A DNA stretch of 60,826 nucleotides from an uncultured Spirochaetales bacterium (GTDB taxonomy: Bacteria > Myxococcota_A > UBA9160 > SMWR01), in assembly GCA_964649065.1 (NCBI GenBank), contig CAZYOL010000004.1, forward strand, positions 1 to 60,826, written 5' to 3'. The position numbers and the translations under genes were made by a program. How positions within the stretch are numbered: the stretch's first letter is position 1; each line of letters opens with the position of its first letter. A model generated the notes under the pieces. It was given only the letters and a program-made list of their open reading frames with translations. It was not told where the DNA came from and made no database searches. This document shows positions 18,030 to 27,413 of the stretch, one piece after another.

Positions 18030-21000
18030 CGGCTCCTCTTCCCGACGCGGTGGCCCGCCGCCGGATCGAGAGCGAGCACGAGGCGAGCTTCTTCGTCGAG
18101 GCGGCGGCGGGCACCGGCAAGACCACGGCCCTGGTCGGCCGCATCGTCTCGCTGCTGCGGGCCGGCGGCGCCGAGCTGGAGGGCATCGCCGCCCTCACCT
18201 TCACCGAGAAGGCCGCCGGCGAGATGAAGCTGCGGCTGCGGGCCCGCATCGAGCAGGCCCGCTCCGAGAGCAGCGCGTCGCAGCAGGAGCGGCGGCGTCT
18301 GGACCGCGCCCTGCAGCAGCTCGAGCTGGCGCGCATCGGCACCATCCACGCCTTCTGCGCCGATCTCCTGCGCGAGCGCCCGGTCGAGGCGGGCGTGGAC
18401 CCCCTCTTCGAGGTCGCGGCCGAGGAGGAGGCCGAGGAGCTGCTGGAGGCCGCCTTCGAGGACTGGTTCCAGCGGGTACTGGCCGACCCTCCGGAGGGGG
18501 TGCGCCGGGTGCTGCGGCGGCGCGGCCAGGGGCCGGCCGGGGCGGGGCCCCGCGAGCAGCTGCGGCGCGCCGTCGCGAGCCTGGTCGAGCATCGCGACTT
18601 CGCGGCGCCCTGGCGACGGAGCCCCTTCGATCGCGAAGCGGCCATCGATGCGCTGTGGCGGGAGCTGCGCGAGCTGGGCCCGCTGGCCCGGCGGGCCGCG
18701 AGCCCGAGAGACTGGCTGGCGCGCAGCTTCGAGGCAATCGGACGCTTCGTCGAGGAGGTGGAGCTGCTGGAGGCGGTTCGCGAGGGACGCCGCGACTACG
18801 ACGGCCTCGAGGCCCGCCTGCGCGACTTCGCGAGCGGTCGCCAGCGGCACTGGCGTTGGACCGGGGGGCAACGCCCCTACGCGAAGGGGCTGCCGCGCCA
18901 GGCGCTCTTGGCCCGTCGCGATGCCGCGCGGGCCGCGCTGCAGGAGCTGCTCGAGCGCTCCGCCGCGGATCTGGCCCCGCTGCTGCAGCGCGAGCTGCAG
19001 CCGGTGCTCGAGGCCTACCGCGAGCGCAAGCGGCGTGCCGGGCGACTCGACTTCGTGGACCTGCTGCTCGCGGTGCGCGACCTGATCGTGCAGCGGCCGG
19101 AGGTGCGCCGCGACTTCCAGCGCCGCACCAGCCACTTCTTCGTCGACGAGTTCCAGGACACGGACCCGCTGCAGGCCGAGATCCTGCTGCTGCTGGCGGC
19201 AGACGACCCGGAGGAGACCGACTGGCTGCGCGCCCAGCCGGTGCCGGGCAAGCTCTTCGTGGTCGGGGACCCCAAGCAGTCGATCTATCGCTTTCGACGG
19301 GCCGACGTGGCGATCTACGAGGAGACCAAGCGCCGCCTGGTCGAGCGCGGCGCCGAGACCCTGCAGCTCTCCGCCAGCTTCCGCGCGCTTCCCTCCCTGC
19401 AGCAGGCCATCAATGCCGCCTTCGAGCCCGCCATGGACGAGGCCTCACCCGGGATCCAGGCCCGCTACGTCCCCCTGGAGCCGGTGCGCGCCGAGGCGAC
19501 GGGTCGCCCCTCGCTGGTGGCCCTCCCGGTCCCGCGGCCCTACGGCGACTACGGGAGCGTGGTCCAGTGGCGGATCGAGGACTCGGCGCCCGACGCCATC
19601 GCGGCCTACGTGGACTGGCTGGTGCGCGAGAGCGGCTGGAGCGTCGAAGACCCGGAGCGGCCGGGCCGGTCGGTGGCGCTGGCGCCGCGCCATGTGTGCC
19701 TGCTCTTCCGGCGCTTCCGCAGCTTCGAGACCGACGTGACGCGCCTCTATGTCCGGGGCCTGGAGGCGCGCGGGATTCCGCACGTGCTGGTGGGCGGCCG
19801 CTCCTTCCACGACCGCGAGGAGGTGCTGGCCCTGCGCAACGCCCTGGTCGCCATCGAGTGGCCCGACGATGCGCTGCGCGTCTACGCGACGCTGCGCGGA
19901 CCGCTCTTCGCGCTCGGAGACGACGCGCTGCTCGCCTACCGGGAGCGCTTCGGGAGCCTGCATCCGCTGCGCCCGCGCGGGGAGGCGACCCTGGAGGACT
20001 CGGAGGTCGAGGTGGCCGAGGCCCTGGACGTCCTGGCCGAGCTGCACCGCCAGCGCAATCGCCGGCCGGCGGCCGCCACCCTGGGCGCCCTGCTCGAGGC
20101 GGTGCGGGCCCATGCGGGCATCGCCATCTGGCCCACCGGGGAGCAGGCCCTGGCCAACTGCCTGCGCAGCCTCGACCTCGCGCGGCGCTTCGAGCGGCGG
20201 GGCGCCACCTCCTTTCGCGCCTTCGTCGAGCGGGTCGAGGCCGATGCCGAGCGGGGCGAGGCGCGGGATGCACCGGTCGTGGAGGAGGGCACCGAGGGCG
20301 TGCGCATCATGACCGCGCACCGGGCCAAGGGCCTCGAGTTCCCGGTCGTCGTGCTGGCGGACCCGACGGCCATGCTCACGGGTCGCGAGCCCACCCGACA
20401 CGTCGATGTGGGAGCCCGGCTGTGGGCCGAGCCCCTGTGCGGCTGCGTTCCCGTCGAGCTGCGCGAGGCGCAGGAAGAGGAGCGCGCCCGCGACGCGGCC
20501 GAGTCGGTGCGCCTGGCCTACGTCGCGGCCACGCGCGCGCGGGAGCTGCTGGTGGTCCCGGTGCTCGGCGACGGCTGCCAGCCCCTCGAGGATCGCTGGC
20601 AGCGTCCGCTCCTCGCCGCCGTCTACCCGGAGCCGCGGGCCCGGCGCGAGGCCGGGCCCGCACCGGGCTGTCCGGACTTCGGTCAGGACAGCGTGCTCGA
20701 GCGACCCGACGCCGCTGGCAAGGGGGCCTCGGCCTCGGTGGCGCCCGGCCTGCATCGCTCGCGCGCCGGCACTCCCGTGGTCTGGTGGGACCCGGCGCAG
20801 CTCTCCCTCGGCATCGAGGCCCGCGTTGGGCTGCGCCAGGAGCGCATCCTACACGCCGACGAGTCGGGTACGAATGCGGAGAGCGGCGAGCGCGCCCACG
20901 AAGCCTGGCAGGCGCGACGCCTGGGGGCGCTGGAATCGGGCCTGCGCGCTTCGCTGGAGGTGCATCCGGTGACGACCCTGGCGGAGCAGCGCCCGCCGGA

Positions 21001-21496
21001 CCCGGAGCCGCCGGTCCTCGTCGAGTCGACCGACCGCGACCGCTCCCGGCGTCCCGGAGGGCGCCGCTTCGGCAGCCTGGTGCACGCCGTGCTGGCGGTC
21101 GTCGACTTGCGCGACGCGCCCGCTCGCATCCGGGCGGCGGCCGAGGCGCAGGGTCGGCTGCTGGGCTGCCCGGAGGAGGAGGTGGCCGCGGCGGCCGAGG
21201 CGGTGGAGGCGGCCCTGGAGCACCCGCTGCTGGTCCGGGCCGCGCGCAGCGACGCCCTGCGTCGCGAGACGCCGGTGCTGCTGCGGCTGCCCGACGGTGC
21301 GCTCGGCGAGGGGGTGGTCGACCTGGCCTTCCGCGAGCCCGACGTCGATCCGCCCCACTGGACCGTCGTCGACTTCAAGACCGATCGCGAGCTGGCCGCG
21401 CGGCGCCCGGTCTACGAGTCCCAGGTGCAGCTCTACGCCCGAGCCGTGCAGGCGGCGACGGGCGAGCCCTGTCGCGGAGCCCTCTTGGTGCTCTGA
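18026..21496 (+). CDS. addA: AddA-like UvrD helicase-nuclease
   Basis: GTG start overlapping the addB stop; EAAAGTGKT, LTFTEKAAGEM, TIHAF, VDEFQDT, VGDPKQSIYRFRRAD, MTAHRAKGLEFP, YVAATRAR; C-terminal VDL...VVDFKT...QVQLY. Confidence 0.92.
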   Translation: MTAPLPDAVARRRIESEHEASFFVEAAAGTGKTTALVGRIVSLLRAGGAELEGIAALTFTEKAAGEMKLRLRARIEQARSESSASQQERRRLDRALQQLELARIGTIHAFCADLLRERPVEAGVDPLFEVAAEEEAEELLEAAFEDWFQRVLADPPEGVRRVLRRRGQGPAGAGPREQLRRAVASLVEHRDFAAPWRRSPFDREAAIDALWRELRELGPLARRAASPRDWLARSFEAIGRFVEEVELLEAVREGRRDYDGLEARLRDFASGRQRHWRWTGGQRPYAKGLPRQALLARRDAARAALQELLERSAADLAPLLQRELQPVLEAYRERKRRAGRLDFVDLLLAVRDLIVQRPEVRRDFQRRTSHFFVDEFQDTDPLQAEILLLLAADDPEETDWLRAQPVPGKLFVVGDPKQSIYRFRRADVAIYEETKRRLVERGAETLQLSASFRALPSLQQAINAAFEPAMDEASPGIQARYVPLEPVRAEATGRPSLVALPVPRPYGDYGSVVQWRIEDSAPDAIAAYVDWLVRESGWSVEDPERPGRSVALAPRHVCLLFRRFRSFETDVTRLYVRGLEARGIPHVLVGGRSFHDREEVLALRNALVAIEWPDDALRVYATLRGPLFALGDDALLAYRERFGSLHPLRPRGEATLEDSEVEVAEALDVLAELHRQRNRRPAAATLGALLEAVRAHAGIAIWPTGEQALANCLRSLDLARRFERRGATSFRAFVERVEADAERGEARDAPVVEEGTEGVRIMTAHRAKGLEFPVVVLADPTAMLTGREPTRHVDVGARLWAEPLCGCVPVELREAQEEERARDAAESVRLAYVAATRARELLVVPVLGDGCQPLEDRWQRPLLAAVYPEPRARREAGPAPGCPDFGQDSVLERPDAAGKGASASVAPGLHRSRAGTPVVWWDPAQLSLGIEARVGLRQERILHADESGTNAESGERAHEAWQARRLGALESGLRASLEVHPVTTLAEQRPPDPEPPVLVESTDRDRSRRPGGRRFGSLVHAVLAVVDLRDAPARIRAAAEAQGRLLGCPEEEVAAAAEAVEAALEHPLLVRAARSDALRRETPVLLRLPDGALGEGVVDLAFREPDVDPPHWTVVDFKTDRELAARRPVYESQVQLYARAVQAATGEPCRGALLVL

Positions 21497-21554
21497 TGGG
21501 CGCCCGAGGGAGCGGCGCACGGCGCACGCTCTCCCGGCACCTATACTCATTCTC

Positions 21555-22559
21555 GTGAAGGTCCTCGTCACCGGAGCCACCGGCTTCGTCGGCTCCCACG
21601 CCGCTCTCGCCCTCGATCGAGCGGGTCATCAGCTGCGGGTCCTGGTTCGCTCGGAGAGCAAGGCCGAGCGCGTGCTCGGCGCCCGCGGGGTGCGCTACGA
21701 GGCGGTGGTCGGCGACATGACCGACCGGGCCAGCGTGGAGCGGGCCCTCGACGGCTGTGAGGCCGTGCTGCACGCGGCGGCGACCGTCTTCGGGGGGCCC
21801 GAGGCCATCGCCAGCAACGTCGCCGGCGTGCGCCACGTGCTCGGCGCCGCCGCCGAGCGCCAGCTCGATCCGATCCTCTACGTCTCGACCATCGTCGCCA
21901 TGTACCCGCCGCCGGGCGAGCGCGTGACGGTGGAGGACCCGATCGCCAGCCTGAAGACCTCGTACGGGCGCTCGAAGTCCGAGGGCGAGCGCCTGGCCCG
22001 CGAGCTACAGGCGGGCGGCGCCCCGGTGGTGATCCTGTACCCCGCCGGTGTCTACGGCCCCGACGATCCGGGAGTCGGCGAGACCTCGAAGGGGCTGCGC
22101 GACGCGATCCGCTACGGCTGGCCGGTGCCCGCCACCGGCGGCGTCTCGATGGTGGACGTTCGCGACCTGGCCCAGCTGATCGTCGCGGCCCTCAAGAGTG
22201 GACAGGGGCCGCGGCGCTTCATGTGCGGCGGGCACTTCCTCCGCTGGGAGGACAAGGCGAGCCTGTGCGAGCAGCTCACCGGCACGCGCATGCGCCGCTT
22301 TCGCACGCCCGGCTGGCTGCTGCTGCTGGCCGGCAGCCTGATCGACCTGGCCAAGCGCGTCCGCAGCTTCGACTACCCGCTGACCCGCGAGGCCGCGGAC
22401 CTGATGATTCACATGAAGCCCTGTGACAGCGACGCCACGCGGCGCGAGCTCGGCGTGGAGTTCCGGCCCCCCGAGGAGACCCTGGCGGACCACATCCGCT
22501 GGCTGCATCGAATCGGCGAGCTCGACGACGCCCAGGTCGGCCGGCTGGCGCAGGCCTGA
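21555..22559 (+). CDS. Extended SDR / NAD-dependent epimerase-dehydratase
   Basis: VTGATGFVG, VLHAAA, YGRSK; TATACT 7 nt upstream of the GTG. Confidence 0.9.
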   Translation: MKVLVTGATGFVGSHAALALDRAGHQLRVLVRSESKAERVLGARGVRYEAVVGDMTDRASVERALDGCEAVLHAAATVFGGPEAIASNVAGVRHVLGAAAERQLDPILYVSTIVAMYPPPGERVTVEDPIASLKTSYGRSKSEGERLARELQAGGAPVVILYPAGVYGPDDPGVGETSKGLRDAIRYGWPVPATGGVSMVDVRDLAQLIVAALKSGQGPRRFMCGGHFLRWEDKASLCEQLTGTRMRRFRTPGWLLLLAGSLIDLAKRVRSFDYPLTREAADLMIHMKPCDSDATRRELGVEFRPPEETLADHIRWLHRIGELDDAQVGRLAQA

Positions 22560-22591
22560 AACCCCGCCGCCGCCCGGGCATCGCAAGCGCC

Positions 22592-23995
22592 ATGCGGAGC
22601 TTCGGCCGGACCGTACTGCGCAGCCTGCGAGTGGGGGCCGGGCTCGTCCGGACTCCGATTCCGCAAGAGGCACGGCGCGTCCTCGCAGAGGCCTGGGCGC
22701 GGATTCCGCCGGCGCTGCGGGGGCCGCGTCAAGTGCTGGGCCGCCAGTATGCCGGCTGCGGCGCGCTGATCGGCACACTGCCGCGCTGCGACTTCGCCTG
22801 TCGCGGCTGCTACCTGGGGACGGAGGCAAACCGGACGCCGGCCGCCCCGCTCGAGGAGATCGGGCGCCAGCTGCGGCGCGTGCGCGAGTGGACGGGCCCC
22901 GGCGGAAACGTCCAGATCACCGACGGCGAGGTCACGCTGCGCGATCCGGACGAGCTGACCTGGATCGTCCGCGAGGCGCGACGCCTCGGCCTGGTGCCCA
23001 TGCTGATGACCCACGGCGAGGCGCTGCGGCAGGACCCGGAGCGCCTGCGCCGGCTGATGCTGGAGGCCGGGCTGGCCGACATCAGCATCCACATCGACAC
23101 CACCCAGCGCGGCCGCCGGGGAGGCGGGTACCGCCGACCGGGCTCGGAGCGGGAGCTGCATCCGCTGCGCGACGAGTTCGCCGCGCTGATCCGGCGCCTG
23201 CGCGCCGAGACGCGGCGCCCCCTGCGAGCCGCCACGACGGTGACCGTCACGCCGCACAACGCCGGCGAGGTGGCCGACGTGGTTCGCTGGGTCGCCGCCC
23301 ACGCGGACGCCTTTCGCATGCTGAGCTTCCAGCCCGTGGCCCAGGTCGGTCGCACCGAGCCGGGGCTCGGCGGGGGCGTCGATGCCGAGAGCGTCTGGCG
23401 GGGCATCGAGGCGGGGCTGGCCGACCGCGACTCCGCGGGCGCCGCCCCGAGCGACAGCCAGGGCTGGCTCGGGCACCCGGACTGCTCGCGCTTCGTCCAG
23501 GCCCTGGTGCGGCGCAGCGCCTCCGGTCGCGTCCGGCACGTCGCCCTCTTCCGGCTCGGACTCCCCGGGGATGCGCGAGTCTTCAGCGGGCTGCTCGAGC
23601 GCCTGGGCGGCCTCAGCCTGCGCCTGGATCGGCCGGCCCGCGCCCGGCTGCGCCTGGCCGCCGCGCTGGCGCGTCACCCGGGCTTTCTGCTCGGCCGGGT
23701 GCTGCCGTGGCTGTGGCGGCTGCTGGGTCGCGTGGCGCCGGAGGGCCGGCTGCGCTTCGCCCTCGCCTGGGCGCGGGGCCAGGAGCGACTGGACTACCTG
23801 AACGTCGTCAGCCACCACTTCATGAGCGCCGAGCAGCTGGCGAGCCCGCGCGGGCGCGAGCGGCTGGCGCTCTGCAAGTTCCGGGTCCCCGTGCAGGGAG
23901 AGCTGGTATCGATGTGCGAGGTCAACGCCTCGGGAATCCGCGACGCCTACTACGAGGGGCTGCGCCGCGCGGCGGCCGGCACGCGCGCCGCGTGA
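22592..23995 (+). CDS. Radical SAM protein, distantly MJ0619/Tes(GDGT-MAS)-like
   Basis: CDFACRGC (CxxxCxxC); QITDGEVTL at the GGE position; SFQPVAQVGR, GHPDC, HHFM...RLALC...VSMCEVN C-terminal motifs. Confidence 0.8.
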   Translation: MRSFGRTVLRSLRVGAGLVRTPIPQEARRVLAEAWARIPPALRGPRQVLGRQYAGCGALIGTLPRCDFACRGCYLGTEANRTPAAPLEEIGRQLRRVREWTGPGGNVQITDGEVTLRDPDELTWIVREARRLGLVPMLMTHGEALRQDPERLRRLMLEAGLADISIHIDTTQRGRRGGGYRRPGSERELHPLRDEFAALIRRLRAETRRPLRAATTVTVTPHNAGEVADVVRWVAAHADAFRMLSFQPVAQVGRTEPGLGGGVDAESVWRGIEAGLADRDSAGAAPSDSQGWLGHPDCSRFVQALVRRSASGRVRHVALFRLGLPGDARVFSGLLERLGGLSLRLDRPARARLRLAAALARHPGFLLGRVLPWLWRLLGRVAPEGRLRFALAWARGQERLDYLNVVSHHFMSAEQLASPRGRERLALCKFRVPVQGELVSMCEVNASGIRDAYYEGLRRAAAGTRAA

Positions 23996-24849
23996 GGGCC
24001 GCCGGCCTGCTGCTCCCCCTCGGCCTGCTGCTCGCCTGCTCCACCGTGACGCCTCGCGCTCCCGCCCCGGCGCAGGCCGAGGGGGCCTTCCTGCACGACG
24101 ACCTCGACCGCTTCCTGAGCCGCCACGTGGACGACCGGGGCCGGGTCGACTACGCCGCCGCCGTCGACGATCGCGCGGACCTCGACCGCTACCTCGCGGC
24201 CCTGGCCGCCGCCAGCCCCGACAGCCATCCCGAGCGCTTCGCGGACGAGGATGCGCGCCTGGCCTACTGGCTGAATGCCTACAACGCCTCCGTGATCGCC
24301 ATCGTGCTGGAGCACTACCCGATCTCCGGCGTGAAGCAGGTCCGGGCACCGATTCCCCTGCGCTACCTGCTGCCCCGGGTGGCGGGCTTCTTCCTCTTCC
24401 AGCGCGCCCGCCTGGGGGGCCGCGCCGTCTCCCTCTACGGCCTGGAGAACCGCGTCGTGCGGCGGCGCTTCTCCGATCCGCGCATCCACTTCGCGCTGAA
24501 CTGCGCGTCGATCGGCTGTCCGCGGCTGCCGGCCGGGGCCTTCACCGGGCCCCGGCTCCCGGAACAGCTCGAGCGGGAGACGCGCCGCTTCGTCGCCGAG
24601 GAGCGCAACCTCCGGCTGGACGCCGAGAGCCGAACGCTCTGGCTCTCCTCGATCTTCCGCTGGTACGAGTCGGACTTCACGAGCTGGCTGGAGCGCCGGC
24701 AGGCCGGGCAGGGCTCGGGCCTGCGCGACTACGTGCTGCTCTACCTGGACCCCGAGCGGGCGGCTCCCATCCGCGCCTGTGCCGACTGCCGGGTGGCCTT
24801 TCTCGACTACGATTGGGGGCTCAATGTCCGGCGCGACGCAGCGGGCTGA
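23992..24849 (+). CDS. DUF547 domain lipoprotein
   Basis: Lipobox LLAC; GRVDY, LAYWLNAYNA, DPRIHFALNCASIGCPRL, LSSIFRWYESDF, YDWGLN; GTGA coupling to the radical SAM gene. Confidence 0.9.
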   Translation: MRAAGLLLPLGLLLACSTVTPRAPAPAQAEGAFLHDDLDRFLSRHVDDRGRVDYAAAVDDRADLDRYLAALAAASPDSHPERFADEDARLAYWLNAYNASVIAIVLEHYPISGVKQVRAPIPLRYLLPRVAGFFLFQRARLGGRAVSLYGLENRVVRRRFSDPRIHFALNCASIGCPRLPAGAFTGPRLPEQLERETRRFVAEERNLRLDAESRTLWLSSIFRWYESDFTSWLERRQAGQGSGLRDYVLLYLDPERAAPIRACADCRVAFLDYDWGLNVRRDAAG

Positions 24850-25300
24850 GGCGACGCTTCCGGGGCGCAGTGCCGCCTTCCGGACCGGACTCCGGCGCCT
24901 TCCGGCGCTGTTCGTGGGCGTCGTGCTGGTGGCGACCGGCGTGGGCAAGGCGCTGGATCTCGAGGGCTTCGTCGGGGTCCTGGCCGGCTATCGCCTGATG
25001 CCGGCCTGGGGCGATCGGCTGGTGGCCTACACGCTGCCCTTCGTCGAGCTGGCCACCGGCCTGGGGCTCCTCTCCGGCCTCGCCCGGCGCCCCGCGGCGG
25101 CGGCCGCGGTGGGCCTGCACGCGCTGCTGGTGGGCGTGGTCGTGGTCACCCTGTGGCGGGGAGTTCCGGTGGAGAACTGCGGCTGTTTCGGCGTCTTCCT
25201 CGCGCGCCCCTTGAGCGTTCAAACGCTGCTCGAAGACCTGGCGATGCTGGCGCTCTCCCTCTGGGCGCTGGCCGGGGTCCGGCCTCGCCGCGCCGCGTGA
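24824..25300 (+). CDS. MauE/DoxX family redox-associated membrane protein
   Basis: Four TM segments; GVGKALD, LPFVELATG, NCGCFG motif. Confidence 0.85.
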   Translation: MSGATQRAEATLPGRSAAFRTGLRRLPALFVGVVLVATGVGKALDLEGFVGVLAGYRLMPAWGDRLVAYTLPFVELATGLGLLSGLARRPAAAAAVGLHALLVGVVVVTLWRGVPVENCGCFGVFLARPLSVQTLLEDLAMLALSLWALAGVRPRRAA

Positions 25301-26100
25301 ATCCCGGCGCGCTGCTGGCCCTGCTGCTGCTGCCCGGGGGGGCGCTGGCGGAGGGCTGGCGGGAGATCGAGCGCCGGGACGGGGTGGTCGTGGAGGTCCG
25401 GCGCGCCGAGGGGGCGGCCCTGGTGCGGGGGACGGCGGAGCTGCCCGTCGCGGTGGAGCGCGTTCGGCGCGTGCTGCTGGACGTCTCGAGCTTCGACGCC
25501 TGGATGCCGGGCCTGCTGCGCTGGGAGGTGCTGGAGAGGGCGCCCGGGGCCCTGCGCGTCTACGGCCGTCACGATCTGCCGTGGCCGCTGGCGGACCGGG
25601 ACTACGTGGTCCGCTACGCGTGGAGCGAGGAGCCGGGCGGCTTCGCGCTGGAGGCGCGCTCGGTGGCGGGCGGACCCGACCCCGAGCCCCGGGTGGTGCG
25701 GCTCGAGCGCGTCTACTCCCGCTGGGAGCTGCGCCCCGGCGATCGCGGCGGGAGCTGGGTGCGGTACACCTACGACGGCGAGCTCGGGGGGAGGCTGCCG
25801 AGCTTCTGGGTGGAGCGGGCCTGGCGCCGCCAGGCCCCGGAGCTGCTCGCGCGGCTCGCGGCCCGGGCGGCCTCCGCAGTCCTCCTCGAGGACGATCGCG
25901 TTCTCCGGACAGTTCTGCTCCCCCAGCCGCGCCTGGGACTCCAGGCCGGCCGGCACGGTCTCGTGCAGCAGCACGCAGTGACCGCGCTCGTCGTCGCCGA
26001 AGAGGTCCGGCGCCAGCGCGTAGCAGCGCCCGTGTCCGACGCAGAGCTGCTGCTCGAGCCGGAGCTTCACGCGACGCCCGGCCAGACCAGCGGCAGGTAG
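25297..26100 (+). CDS. START/SRPBCC lipid-binding domain protein (domain ends ~25875; ORF reads on into ferredoxin antisense)
   Basis: Signal peptide; W..I..RDGVVV, LPWPLADRDYV, DGELGGRLPSFWV START motifs; GTGA coupling. Confidence 0.8.
   Translation: MNPGALLALLLLPGGALAEGWREIERRDGVVVEVRRAEGAALVRGTAELPVAVERVRRVLLDVSSFDAWMPGLLRWEVLERAPGALRVYGRHDLPWPLADRDYVVRYAWSEEPGGFALEARSVAGGPDPEPRVVRLERVYSRWELRPGDRGGSWVRYTYDGELGGRLPSFWVERAWRRQAPELLARLAARAASAVLLEDDRVLRTVLLPQPRLGLQAGRHGLVQQHAVTALVVAEEVRRQRVAAPVSDAELLLEPELHATPGQTSGR
25879..26070 (-). CDS. fdx: 3Fe-4S ferredoxin (P450 partner); no stop codon after the 64-aa core
   Basis: CVGHGRC...NCPENAI; GTG overlaps the P450 TGA; next codon is TGC and the frame stays open to 25219. 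Confidence 0.85.
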
Positions 26101-27290
26101 CGCACCTCCCGGATGCCCGGCGAGTAGACGGGTCGCTCGCCCTCCTGGATCGAGTAGTCGGGGATCCGCCGGTGCCACTCCTGCATGGCGACCTCGAGCT
26201 CCATGCGGGCCAGGTGCGATCCGAGGCAGCGGTGCGGGCCCGCGCCGAAGGCGACGTGCCGGTTCCGCTCGCGCAGGAAGTCCACGTCGTCGGCGTGGGG
26301 GAACTCCTCCCCGTCGGTGTCGGCGGCCCCGAGCAGCAGGGTCACGACCTCGCCCTCCCGGATCGCGAAGCCGTGCAGCTCGATGTCGCGCTTGACCAGC
26401 CGCGGCACCGCCATCACCGGCGTCTCGTAGCGCAGCAGCTCCTCCACGGCGGCGGGGATCAGCTGCGGCTGCCGGACGAGCTGGCGGCGCTTCTCCGGGT
26501 TCGCGGCCAGATAGGCGATGTTGCAGCCGAGGGTCGCCGTGACCGTGTCGAGCCCCGCCAGGATCAGCAGGAAGCAGATGTCCAGGATCTCCTCGCGCGT
26601 CAGCTTCTCCCCCTCGAGCTCGGCCGACACCAGGACGCTCATCAGGTCCTCCTGCGGCCTCGCCAGGCGCTCGTCGATCAAGGCGTCGAAGTAGGCGTAG
26701 ATCTGCCGGCCCGTCTCCGCGCGGACCTCGCGGGCGTGGTCCATGTCGCGGATCTCGACCCGCTCCTGGGGCCGGATGATCTTGTCCTTCAGCTCGAGGA
26801 AGAGATCGAGCTCTCCCTCCGGCAGGCCCATCAGGTGCAGGAAGGCGTTGCAGGGCAGGGGGACCGCGAAGTCCTTGTCGAACTCGCAGCGGCCCCGGTC
26901 GAGGAAGCTGTCGATCAGCTGGTTGGCATTGCGGCGCACGTCGGGCTCGATGGCGGCCATGCGGCGGCGCGAGAAGAGCGGATCGAGCAGCTTGCGGTAC
27001 TTGGTCTGGGCCGGGGGATCGATCTGCTGCGGGATCATCGGGCGCTCGGTGCCCAGCGCCATCTGGATGTCCATCTGGGACGAGAAGATCTCCGGGTTGC
27101 GCAGCGCCCAGATCACATCCTCGTAGCGCGAGATGACCGGGCTCTGGGTGAAGGCGGCCCGGGTCACCGGGCACTGGGAACGCAGCGTCGCGAAGACGGG
27201 CTGCGGGCAGGCCACGAACTCCGGGTCGAACAGGCTGAGCTCGCCGGTCTCGGGATCCGGGTTCTGCTGCCTCGGCGGTTCCGCTGCCAT
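26067..27290 (-). CDS. Cytochrome P450
   Basis: AGLDT I-helix, EELLR (ExxR), FGAGPHRCLG heme ligand; GAGGAG RBS before ATG 27290. Confidence 0.95.
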   Translation of the reverse strand: MAAEPPRQQNPDPETGELSLFDPEFVACPQPVFATLRSQCPVTRAAFTQSPVISRYEDVIWALRNPEIFSSQMDIQMALGTERPMIPQQIDPPAQTKYRKLLDPLFSRRRMAAIEPDVRRNANQLIDSFLDRGRCEFDKDFAVPLPCNAFLHLMGLPEGELDLFLELKDKIIRPQERVEIRDMDHAREVRAETGRQIYAYFDALIDERLARPQEDLMSVLVSAELEGEKLTREEILDICFLLILAGLDTVTATLGCNIAYLAANPEKRRQLVRQPQLIPAAVEELLRYETPVMAVPRLVKRDIELHGFAIREGEVVTLLLGAADTDGEEFPHADDVDFLRERNRHVAFGAGPHRCLGSHLARMELEVAMQEWHRRIPDYSIQEGERPVYSPGIREVRYLPLVWPGVA

Positions 27291-27373
27291 CGCTCTCCTC
27301 CCCGGGGCGGCCCGCCCCTGATCGGGCGCTGCCTGCACCCGCGCAGGTCCGGAGTGTACCCGGCGGTCGGCCG

Positions 27374-27392
27374 ATTTGACACTCCGTCAGAT
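27374..27392. promoter_or_regulatory. Palindromic operator over the P450 -35 region
   Basis: ATTTGAC-ACTCC-GTCAGAT (6/7 inverted repeat); minus-strand TACACT -10 at 27353-27358. Confidence 0.45.
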
Positions 27393-27413
27393 CCGGCCGG
27401 TCGGGGCGGCCCC

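Noticed and set aside
13364-21496. 2710-aa ORF suggesting a giant AddA fusion
   Set aside because: The first ~1550 codons are an Arg/Gly/Ala-rich shadow frame over the Tim44 and addB genes. Real AddA starts at GTG 18026, coupled to the addB stop.
14763-21496. Helicase + Cas4-like nuclease as a defence or CRISPR system
   Set aside because: Domain order and motifs match housekeeping AddAB. No cas genes or repeat-spacer array were seen in the window.
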